The notes beneath the pieces are model-generated. The model did not search any database. It worked only from the letters and a program-made list of their open reading frames with translations, and had not been told where the DNA came from. From NCBI GenBank assembly GCA_028289135.1, contig JAQGGW010000006.1:7334-71333 (forward strand): 64,000 nt of DNA, in the 5' to 3' direction. The position numbers and the translations under genes are program-made. Each line of letters starts with the position of its first letter. Position 1 is the first letter of the stretch. This document shows, in pieces, positions 7,530-14,665 of the stretch. The DNA comes from Candidatus Saccharimonadota bacterium. Its GTDB lineage: Bacteria > Patescibacteriota > Saccharimonadia > Saccharimonadales > JACDBH01.

Positions 7530-9870
7530 GAAAACAACGCCGTCAACAAACGGCCGCTACATCGTTATTGAAGGCGCCGAGGGCGTCGGCAAAACCACTC
7601 AGCTGACCATGCTTGGGCAACGACTGGAAAAAGCTGGCTATCCTGTAAGATTATTCCGCGAACCAGACAGCCAAAGCGACCTTACAGCCCGCGCCATCCG
7701 CATGCTAACCCAAGATCCACGCTACCCAATGAACACGCGCACCGAAGTGCTGCTATACAACGCCGCCCGCAGCCAGTCGCTAGAAGTCATTAAGCGCGCC
7801 CGTGACGCCGGTGTTATCTGCCTCTGCGATCGCAACTACCTAACAACTCTTGCTATCCAGTACTACGGCCGCGGCGATGTGCCAGATTACGATACTATCA
7901 ACAGCATCATTAGCTTTGCGGTGGCCGACATGCAGCCGGACATGACCATTGTGCTTGATGCGCCAGTGCAGGACCTTAAAAAACGCTCAGAAAATCGCAA
8001 CGCTGGTGAACGTTTTGACAACTTAGACGAAGCATTTTTGGAACGTGTCCGGGCTGGATACCTTTGGGAAGCAAAACAGCGCGGCTTTTCGGTTATCTCG
8101 GCCATTAATTCCCCCGAGGAAGTAAACGAAGAAATCTGGAAGATCCTCAACGGCGCTGCCCAAACCCCAACTGCCGAGACAAACGAACCTCCAATGCTCA
8201 CATCAGCATCAGCAGCCACCACGCCTGCAGCTTCTATCAAAGAAGTTATCGAGGCCAAAATTGACCATCTTGAAGAAAAAAAGAAGCTAGAATTCCTTAA
8301 AAAAGACAAAGCAGGGCACTTTAAGATAACTGCCGACGGCAAAGAGTTCTTAAACGACGCTGTTACCACAAGTGACGGTGATGTCTACGCTTTTACCGAC
8401 AAACTTAGCCCAACCACGATTGCGGCCGCCATGGCCCGCCTCAGCCGCCGCGGTGACGACATGCGCGTGACATTGCTCGACGAATTCGCAGCTAGTGCAG
8501 GCAAAGACGCCAAGCTGCTCCAACGTGTTATTACCGCCTACGGCGATGACTCTGTCCAGCAGCTCGTGGGTATTCATGTAGTGGTCGAAAACGCCTCCAA
8601 TCTCCTAACCAAAAAGTTGGAATGGGGACGTCTGGCCGCTTATTTGGAACAGTCCACCCGCTATATTTACTTTGACCAAAAGGACCAGCACGGCAAATAC
8701 CGCTACTTTACGCCTGCCGATCTGCCGCTGAAGCTAAAGGATCACTACGAAGAAGTCATGGACAAGATTTTTGATATTTATTCGGATATGGTTCATAAGC
8801 TGACAGACTATGTCCGTGACCATTCAAGCGTCCCAGAAGCTGAGCGTGATGGCGCATTCAACGGCGCGACCCGTGCCCAAGCTTGCGACGCCATCCGAGC
8901 CGTTTTGCCAGTCGCCGTAAAGTCAACGGTCGGTATTTATGCTTCTGGGCAAGCTCTAGAAAGCCTTATTATGCATCTTCAGTCCGACAACTTGCCGGAA
9001 GCCCGCAAAGTTGGCGATGACCTTCTGCGTGAAGCCCGCAAAACAGTCCCAACATTTTTGGAGCGCGCCGACAAACCAGACCGCGGCGGCGCAATGGTAG
9101 CCTACCGCTCCAACACCTATAATGCTATGAAAAGGGTGGCCGACGAACAGCTTAAGCAGAACCTCGGCTCGCTGGACGAAGACATCCAGCTGGTAGACTA
9201 CTGGCCGCGCAATGAATTAGACCTCTTGCCGCACATGCTCTACGAGCACAGCACAATGAGCCTTAAAGACATCAAAAAAGAGATTCAAGCATGGCCGTAC
9301 GAGCAAAAACTAGCAGCATTTAGAACATATATGGGCGAACGCCTTAACCGCCGCCACAAGCCGGGCAGGGCGTTAGAAGCTGCCCATTATAGCTGGGACC
9401 TTTTGTGTGATTACGGGATCTTTCGTGATCTCCAGCGCCACCGCATGGTTGACGCCTTTGACTGGCAGCAGCTTACTCCGCGCTACGGCTTTGATATGCC
9501 TGAATTGGTTGAGCAAGCAGGCCTAAGCGACCAATTTGAACAGTGTTTTGACCTTAGCGCCGCGCTGTATAGCCAGCTCCAGGCCGAAGGTTTTGCGCTT
9601 GAGGCCCAGTACGCCACATTGCTTGGCCACCGCATGCGCTGGAAAATAATTTATAACGCCCGCGAAGCATTCCACTTTCACGAACTCCGCACTGCGCCGC
9701 AAGGCCACCCCGGCTACCGCAAACTAGTCAAAGAAATGCACGACAAAGTCGCTGAAATCCACCCGCTGCTCACCGACGCTATGATTTTTGTAAACAGAGA
9801 CGAAGACGAAGAGTTAACCCGCCTCGCCGCCGAAAAATACACCCAGTTTAAGCTAAGCCAGCTAAGCTAG
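7522..9870 (+). CDS. Fusion protein: thymidylate kinase (N-terminal) joined to a double-length ThyX-like flavin-dependent thymidylate synthase (C-terminal)
   Basis: Tmk P-loop YIVIEGAEGVGKTTQ plus a Tmk-like core of about 205 aa. Pro/Ala/Thr linker. A roughly 540-aa ThyX-like region carries LEQSTRYIYF in its first half and FRDLQRHRMVD (RHR at 9436-9444) and ELRTAPQGHPGYR in its second half. The start overlaps the dcd stop by 8 nt. Confidence 0.8.
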   Translation: MNEKTTPSTNGRYIVIEGAEGVGKTTQLTMLGQRLEKAGYPVRLFREPDSQSDLTARAIRMLTQDPRYPMNTRTEVLLYNAARSQSLEVIKRARDAGVICLCDRNYLTTLAIQYYGRGDVPDYDTINSIISFAVADMQPDMTIVLDAPVQDLKKRSENRNAGERFDNLDEAFLERVRAGYLWEAKQRGFSVISAINSPEEVNEEIWKILNGAAQTPTAETNEPPMLTSASAATTPAASIKEVIEAKIDHLEEKKKLEFLKKDKAGHFKITADGKEFLNDAVTTSDGDVYAFTDKLSPTTIAAAMARLSRRGDDMRVTLLDEFAASAGKDAKLLQRVITAYGDDSVQQLVGIHVVVENASNLLTKKLEWGRLAAYLEQSTRYIYFDQKDQHGKYRYFTPADLPLKLKDHYEEVMDKIFDIYSDMVHKLTDYVRDHSSVPEAERDGAFNGATRAQACDAIRAVLPVAVKSTVGIYASGQALESLIMHLQSDNLPEARKVGDDLLREARKTVPTFLERADKPDRGGAMVAYRSNTYNAMKRVADEQLKQNLGSLDEDIQLVDYWPRNELDLLPHMLYEHSTMSLKDIKKEIQAWPYEQKLAAFRTYMGERLNRRHKPGRALEAAHYSWDLLCDYGIFRDLQRHRMVDAFDWQQLTPRYGFDMPELVEQAGLSDQFEQCFDLSAALYSQLQAEGFALEAQYATLLGHRMRWKIIYNAREAFHFHELRTAPQGHPGYRKLVKEMHDKVAEIHPLLTDAMIFVNRDEDEELTRLAAEKYTQFKLSQLS

Positions 9871-10369
9871 AAACATTTGCATAATCTTCAGGTGTGTAAA
9901 TTTGAAAAGAAAATACCTCAAATGTATTTCCGGTCAAAGAATTATGATCATGCTTCGGTGACCTAGGAAAACGTTGTCCTGTCATAAGAAGATCTGCCTC
10001 ATGGCTATAAGCTGCTTCTACTTGTATATAAGGCGGATCAATCAAATTATCGTTATTTACTTCAATGTCTAAAGGTCCAGCAAGTAACAAAAATCCACGG
10101 TTAAACCAAAATCTTCCCACATCATCTTGGTTTGCACTTACTACAAAAGGTGGTGGTAGGTTTTCTTCAAGCTTATGAGGAAACTTTCCTGCCAAAATCC
10201 TAGCTGCCATTGTACCTCTGTCAAGATCCTTGACAGCTCTGTCTTTACTCTTATCATCAAGTCCCATAATATCGTGGAACCATCCCTCACGAATACGCTG
10301 GCTAACATGTAAGTCACCTTCAAAAGAGGGCACTTTTTGTCCAAGCAATATATTTAATCCGTGACTCAT
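9848..10369 (-). CDS. Hypothetical protein
   Basis: 173-aa ORF. It is convergent with the tmk::thyX 3' end and overlaps it by 23 nt. AT-rich by eye. No recognised motif. Confidence 0.5.
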   Translation of the reverse strand: MSHGLNILLGQKVPSFEGDLHVSQRIREGWFHDIMGLDDKSKDRAVKDLDRGTMAARILAGKFPHKLEENLPPPFVVSANQDDVGRFWFNRGFLLLAGPLDIEVNNDNLIDPPYIQVEAAYSHEADLLMTGQRFPRSPKHDHNSLTGNTFEVFSFQIYTPEDYANVSSLAGLA

Positions 10370-10412
10370 ATCTTTATTATATCACACTTAAGCTTATTAT
10401 GCAATATTAGTG

Positions 10413-10440
10413 TTGACGTTTAAGATTAAAAGAGTAAGCT
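10413..10440 (+). promoter_or_regulatory. Promoter candidate for the 10614 gene leader
   Basis: TTGACG (10413-10418), 16-nt spacer, TAAGCT (10435-10440). This predicts a 5' leader of about 165 nt. Confidence 0.35.
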
Positions 10441-10482
10441 AAAGTACGTTATGGTATTCGCTAACTCCAAATTACACGCGCT

Positions 10483-10595
10483 CAACCTTCTAGGTCTTAT
10501 AGAGGTTGTGTTGCCTATGGAGTGAAGCCAAACTAGATCCCGCAACAGAACCAGTCACCCTTAAACCCGGCTTCACTCCATACGTGAAGTTTTTT
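10483..10595 (+). promoter_or_regulatory. Structured 5' leader with mutually exclusive long hairpin and terminator (riboswitch- or attenuator-like)
   Basis: Hairpin 10483-10508. A 13-bp perfect stem, ATGGAGTGAAGCC (10517-10529) with GGCTTCACTCCAT (10569-10581), closes a 39-nt loop. The right arm shares CTTCAC (10571-10576) with a small hairpin CTTCAC/GTGAAG (10584-10589) followed by TTTTTT (10590-10595). AAGGAG and ATG 10614 follow. Confidence 0.35.
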
Positions 10596-10613
10596 AATTT
10601 TTAAGGAGAATAT

Positions 10614-11048
10614 ATGAATAATCATCAACAAAGTCCAAAACGTATAAACAACTGGGTTTTCAAACGCGGTGCGCCAATTAGAAGGGCAGCAGGAGAAAAT
10701 TACGAACCGGCAAAAGGTGTTCCAGGAGCAGAAGCTGCAAGAACATTGATAGAAATATTTATAGCATCTGGACAAGAACTAAATGAAAACGACCAGAGAA
10801 AATTTACAGCTGCAAAACGCTTATTTGGCATTGCAGATCCAGAGTATGCAAAAAATCATACATTAGATGCATCCACAGATGTAATTGCTGCTACAGTCGA
10901 AGTACAGAACAACGTAGTTTCTCAAGATGGTTCAGTAGCAGGAGAGGCTCCCCAAGTAATCTACCTGAACAGTAACTTTGGAGGCATGTTTCACGAGTAC
11001 TATACTGGAACGGATAAAACACCCGAGCCCCATATTTCAGAAACTTGA
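10614..11048 (+). CDS. Hypothetical protein
   Basis: 144-aa ORF with a good SD (AAGGAG) 7 nt upstream. No recognised motif. Confidence 0.55.
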   Translation: MNNHQQSPKRINNWVFKRGAPIRRAAGENYEPAKGVPGAEAARTLIEIFIASGQELNENDQRKFTAAKRLFGIADPEYAKNHTLDASTDVIAATVEVQNNVVSQDGSVAGEAPQVIYLNSNFGGMFHEYYTGTDKTPEPHISET

Positions 11049-11073
11049 CATATTACCCCCGTTAATCTATACT
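11045..11073 (+). promoter_or_regulatory. Near-consensus sigma70-type promoter for rplJ-rplL
   Basis: TTGACA (11045-11050), 17-nt spacer, TATACT (11068-11073). This predicts a 5' UTR of about 190 nt. Confidence 0.6.
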
Positions 11074-11080
11074 TTGTTTT

Positions 11081-11199
11081 GATTACCAAAGACAGTAGCG
11101 ATCGCAAGATTTAAGAATGCTACCGAGGTGAACATCTAGATTCTATTTGTTCAACGTAGAAACGTCTTTGTTAGTAATAACAGAGGCGTTTTTCGTTTT
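11081..11199 (+). promoter_or_regulatory. L10(L12)-leader-like 5' UTR with a terminator/attenuator hairpin
   Basis: Position upstream of rplJ. ACCAAAGACAGTAGC...GCTACCGAGGTG hairpin. A 13-bp stem AAACGTCTTTGTT / AACAGAGGCGTTT (11160-11191, with two U-G wobbles on the plus strand) is followed by TTCGTTTT. The match to the Rfam L10 leader was not verified. Confidence 0.4.
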
Positions 11200-11273
11200 A
11201 GTAATCAGTTGTATCTTTTCAAGGTCGATAAGATCAACACCTAGGTAAACTAAAATCCTAAAGGATTTATTAC

Positions 11274-11798
11274 ATGGCATTAACCAAACAAAAGAAAGAC
11301 GAAGTTGTTGCTGAAGTAGCAGCGCTATTGGCTAGTTCTAAACTAACCGTAGTTGCTCAGTATCAGGGGACAACCGTCAAAGCCATCCAGTCACTTCGAA
11401 AAGAAGCAAAAAACTCTGGTACCAAAGTTAGTGTCGTAAAAAACCGTTTGGTCATTAAAGCCGTTGCTGCAACCGAAAGCCTCAAAGACACTGATATCAG
11501 TGCGCTTAAAGGCCAGTTACTCTACGCTTTTAACGATTCAGACGAAGTAGCACCGGCTAAAAGCCTTGCTGATTTTGCGAAGACTAACCCAAGTATCCAA
11601 TTTGTTGGCGCAATCACGGCCGACGGCCAGTTTATGAGTGCGGATGACGTTAAAGCGCTGGCAACATTGCCAAGCAAGAACGAGTTGATTGCACAGGTTA
11701 TCGCCACCCTAACATCGCCATTAAACGATGTTATGAATGGTCTATCTGGCAACATCCACGCTTTGCTTGACGGTATCAGCGAAAAGGCTACGGCCTAA
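11274..11798 (+). CDS. rplJ: 50S ribosomal protein L10
   Basis: KQKKDEVVAEVAALLASSKLTVVAQYQGTTV is a typical L10 N-terminus. Synteny agrees. Confidence 0.95.
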   Translation: MALTKQKKDEVVAEVAALLASSKLTVVAQYQGTTVKAIQSLRKEAKNSGTKVSVVKNRLVIKAVAATESLKDTDISALKGQLLYAFNDSDEVAPAKSLADFAKTNPSIQFVGAITADGQFMSADDVKALATLPSKNELIAQVIATLTSPLNDVMNGLSGNIHALLDGISEKATA

Positions 11799-11818
11799 AT
11801 TAATTTAAGGAGAATAAA

Positions 11819-12196
11819 ATGGCAGATTTGAAGAAATTAGCAGAAAGCCTTACCGGCCTTACTGTTTTGGAAGTTAACGAACTTAAGACAATCCTAAAAG
11901 ATGAATACGGCATTGAACCAGCTGCAGCAGTTGCAGTTGCCGGTCCTGCAGCTGGCGGCGAAGCCGCTCCAGCCGCTGACGAAAAAGCTGAGTACGATGT
12001 TGTCCTCAAGGACGCAGGCGCTCAGAAGGTTGCAGTTATCAAGGCTGTCAAAGACATTACTGGTCTTGGCCTTGGTGAAGCAAAAGCCATCGTTGACGGT
12101 GCTCCAAAGAATGTTTTGGAAGCAGCTAAAAAAGAAGACGCAGAAGCCGCCAAGAAAACCTTGGAAGCCGCTGGCGCAACTGTCGAACTAGCCTAA
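11819..12196 (+). CDS. rplL: 50S ribosomal protein L7/L12
   Basis: Ala/Pro hinge plus a C-terminal domain [28 protein letters not shown]...EAAGATVEL. Confidence 0.95.
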   Translation: MADLKKLAESLTGLTVLEVNELKTILKDEYGIEPAAAVAVAGPAAGGEAAPAADEKAEYDVVLKDAGAQKVAVIKAVKDITGLGLGEAKAIVDGAPKNVLEAAKKEDAEAAKKTLEAAGATVELA

Positions 12197-12213
12197 TTAA
12201 GATTTAGTTTCAC

Positions 12214-12251
12214 AAAAAAGGACCGCCCACCTAGTGTAGGCGGTCTTTTTT
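12214..12251 (+). terminator. Rho-independent terminator after rplL
   Basis: AAAAAGGACCGCC ... GGCGGTCTTTTTT. The stem core is 12221-12227 with 12239-12245, and the T-tract is 12246-12251. Confidence 0.8.
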
Positions 12252-12266
12252 AGATTGCTAAAAATA

Positions 12267-12295
12267 TTGCCTTATAATAATTTTTATGCTATAAT
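12267..12295 (+). promoter_or_regulatory. Promoter with leaderless geometry for the 12302 gene
   Basis: TTGCCT (12267-12272), 17-nt spacer, TATAAT (12290-12295), then only 6 nt before ATG 12302. No SD sequence. Confidence 0.5.
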
Positions 12296-12301
12296 ATATA
12301 T

Positions 12302-13867
12302 ATGAGTGACCCTCAGGAATTAATAACAGTTATACCGGCTGACGGACAGACGGATCCTTTAGCTTTTTACCAAGACTTCGTTCATGAGATCCCTGACCCC
12401 GTGGCTGATATTCATACTGAGTTTGTACAAACTATGCCGCGGCTTGACGGGCAGGCAAGGATTAAGGCCGCTGAATGGTTTTACGAAAAAACAAACGGAA
12501 AAACTCCTGAAGATTTTACTGAGTCTTTTGTTCATGACAACCCATTTGTTGTGCGCAGAATACTAGAATTTCAATATGGCGAGGAAGAGCTTACTGCCAA
12601 AGAAGTTATTTTGCGCGGCATAGCTGAGGCTCCTGGTGTTGCCGAAGAAGAGGCAGGCCTTTTTGAAGAGACCATGCTGGATGTCTTTCAGGAATCTGAT
12701 GATCCTGAAAGCACGCTGGAAAGTACTTATGAAAATGAATTAGATAGTATTCTTTATGGCCCATTAATAAGGGTTTTGAAACGTTCTGATTCAACTGTAC
12801 CAGCCGGAGACTACATAGCTAACCCAATCAGAATGTATAAAACTATTGTCCGCGAGCCTGTGATAATTGGAGATACCGTCGTCCGTGAGCCAATAGATAT
12901 TTATAAGTTAAATATGCCTGAGTTCCGTCAACCGTGGGAAGCGCCCGTAGAGGCCGTTATTGCAGCACTTGAGACTGGGGCGCACGTTGTTATTGGTGCC
13001 CGTCGAAACTCAGGCAAGACTCATATTTTCCCAAGTGTTCTACGCGAACGCGCTCCGCAGGCATGGGAAATTTCAGAAGTGACCAACAATATCCTTAATG
13101 GCGGCGAGGGGTTTGGATCATCTGCAGCGGGAACGCTCTTTAGGGGGATATACGACGGAACTCAGATAGATGATCTCATAGACCAAGAACATACTCTGCG
13201 TAAAGACGGAGCACATGTACGAAAAGCCGTAGGCAATACGCCTGAACGTAAAATCTTAGTTGTCGATGAAATTCAGGAGATAGTGCTTGATGAAAAATAT
13301 AGAGAGGCCCAGGTTTTGCGCAATTTGGTTGCTTGGGCGGATGAGAACAATACCCAGTTAGTTATGATTAGTGCAATTGGCGACCAACGGCAAGTACCCG
13401 AAGTGAGCGATTATATAAACGCTATTATTCCGGACTACCAACAAGTGAAGATTGAGGCATTCTTCGACCGGCCTGATTATCCGCGAGATGTACTTACTAA
13501 GTTATTAGGACAGGTAGGCGTTGGGGCAGAGGTTATTGAATGGATAGCCGAACAGCCAGCTGCTAAGCCGCTTCGTTCTATGCGCGGGCTTTCCTATTTA
13601 TATGGCGCTTTGTCGGACGTTTACTTTTATCAGCACATTAACGACTACCGTGTGCGTAACTTAGGCCAACTAGCCAGCATGCTTGATGCCATGAACAATA
13701 AAAGCTTTTTGGGTAGCGCACCGTTGAGATTGTTTGATGTCATGGCAGTTAGCCACATTGGCAGTGGTTCTGAAACCGTCGCACTTGCAAAATCCTTAGG
13801 TTTACCAGAGCCAAACTTTTACTATCTTGGCCACAGAGAAAACATTACGCCCGAAGACCTTTTGTAA
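12302..13867 (+). CDS. Hypothetical P-loop NTPase (AAA+-like) with an acidic N-terminal region
   Basis: Walker A GARRNSGKT (12995-13021). Walker B ILVVDEIQE (D-E at 13265-13270), followed by LVMISAIGDQRQVPE. The layout recalls the DnaA/Hda/IstB clade but this is not established. Occupies the position after rplL where rpoB is usually found. Confidence 0.6.
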   Translation: MSDPQELITVIPADGQTDPLAFYQDFVHEIPDPVADIHTEFVQTMPRLDGQARIKAAEWFYEKTNGKTPEDFTESFVHDNPFVVRRILEFQYGEEELTAKEVILRGIAEAPGVAEEEAGLFEETMLDVFQESDDPESTLESTYENELDSILYGPLIRVLKRSDSTVPAGDYIANPIRMYKTIVREPVIIGDTVVREPIDIYKLNMPEFRQPWEAPVEAVIAALETGAHVVIGARRNSGKTHIFPSVLRERAPQAWEISEVTNNILNGGEGFGSSAAGTLFRGIYDGTQIDDLIDQEHTLRKDGAHVRKAVGNTPERKILVVDEIQEIVLDEKYREAQVLRNLVAWADENNTQLVMISAIGDQRQVPEVSDYINAIIPDYQQVKIEAFFDRPDYPRDVLTKLLGQVGVGAEVIEWIAEQPAAKPLRSMRGLSYLYGALSDVYFYQHINDYRVRNLGQLASMLDAMNNKSFLGSAPLRLFDVMAVSHIGSGSETVALAKSLGLPEPNFYYLGHRENITPEDLL

Positions 13868-14053
13868 GCATATTGGGATGTCATTTTCCCTAGTTTAGTG
13901 TTTCAAAAGGGTCGAGTCACTCTATATATAGAGTACCAGATTCGTTTTTTCCACAGATTTTGTGAAATATTTTTGACTTGACTAGTGTGCTATGTTACGG
14001 TTATGCGTAAGTACTAGGTACAAAAAAATTCCCGAGAAAGATAAAGTACAAAA

Positions 14054-14560
14054 ATGGCAGACATTCCAGAAAAACAGGTAAAGCGATTACGAGCGCTGAT
14101 CCAGGAGGCCGAAACAAACTTAGCAGCTGCAAAAGAGCTGCTTATAAGCTTGGTTGGTGAAGACTCCGAAATTATGACAAGTGCGAAGGACGAAAACATC
14201 GGCAAAGTGATCGAAGGCGTCTTTGACGGCCAAAATATGGTTGGCTCTGACGCCAAGACTTATCCTGTGCCAGCAAACTACGCTAGCAAGTCAAAACTTG
14301 TCCAAGGCGACATCTTAAAGCTCACCATCGCCGAAGATGGCGCGTTCTTATACAAGCAAATTGGTCCAATCCCGCGAAAACAAATAGTTGGCGTTTTAAC
14401 CCAAAAAGAAGGCCATTACGTTGTAACCGTCGGCGAAACCGAATACCGCGTCCTCTTAGCCAGCGTTACCTACTTTAAGGCAAAACCTGGCGACCAAGTC
14501 AGCATCAACGTCCCAGAAGACGGTCCTGCCGAGTGGGCCGCTCTCGAAGCCGCTCTCTAG
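14054..14560 (+). CDS. Hypothetical protein (N-terminal helical segment plus a beta-rich C-terminal part)
   Basis: 168-aa ORF. TAAAGT (14042-14047) lies 6 nt before the ATG and there is no SD. No recognised motif. Confidence 0.55.
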   Translation: MADIPEKQVKRLRALIQEAETNLAAAKELLISLVGEDSEIMTSAKDENIGKVIEGVFDGQNMVGSDAKTYPVPANYASKSKLVQGDILKLTIAEDGAFLYKQIGPIPRKQIVGVLTQKEGHYVVTVGETEYRVLLASVTYFKAKPGDQVSINVPEDGPAEWAALEAAL

Positions 14561-14575
14561 AAATTACAACTTAAC

Positions 14576-14612
14576 CACACCCTGTGTACGTCTTATGTAC
14601 AACGGGGGTGTG
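14576..14612 (+). other. Stable hairpin between the 14054 gene and the dnaX promoter (terminator-like but without a U-tract)
   Basis: CACACCC(T) pairs with (G)GGGTGTG (14576-14583 with 14605-14612, including a U-G wobble on the plus strand). Inner TGTAC/GTACA stem with a 7-nt loop. No T-run follows. Confidence 0.3.
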
Positions 14613-14665
14613 ACAACGCGCACCTAGGCACTATACTATACGTACACCATTGGAGGGGTTTTATT

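Noticed and set aside
14561-14665. Expected an SRP RNA (ffs) upstream of dnaX, as in many Gram-positive genomes.
   Set aside because: The region holds only a 37-nt hairpin plus a promoter and SD. No conserved SRP domain IV sequence is present.
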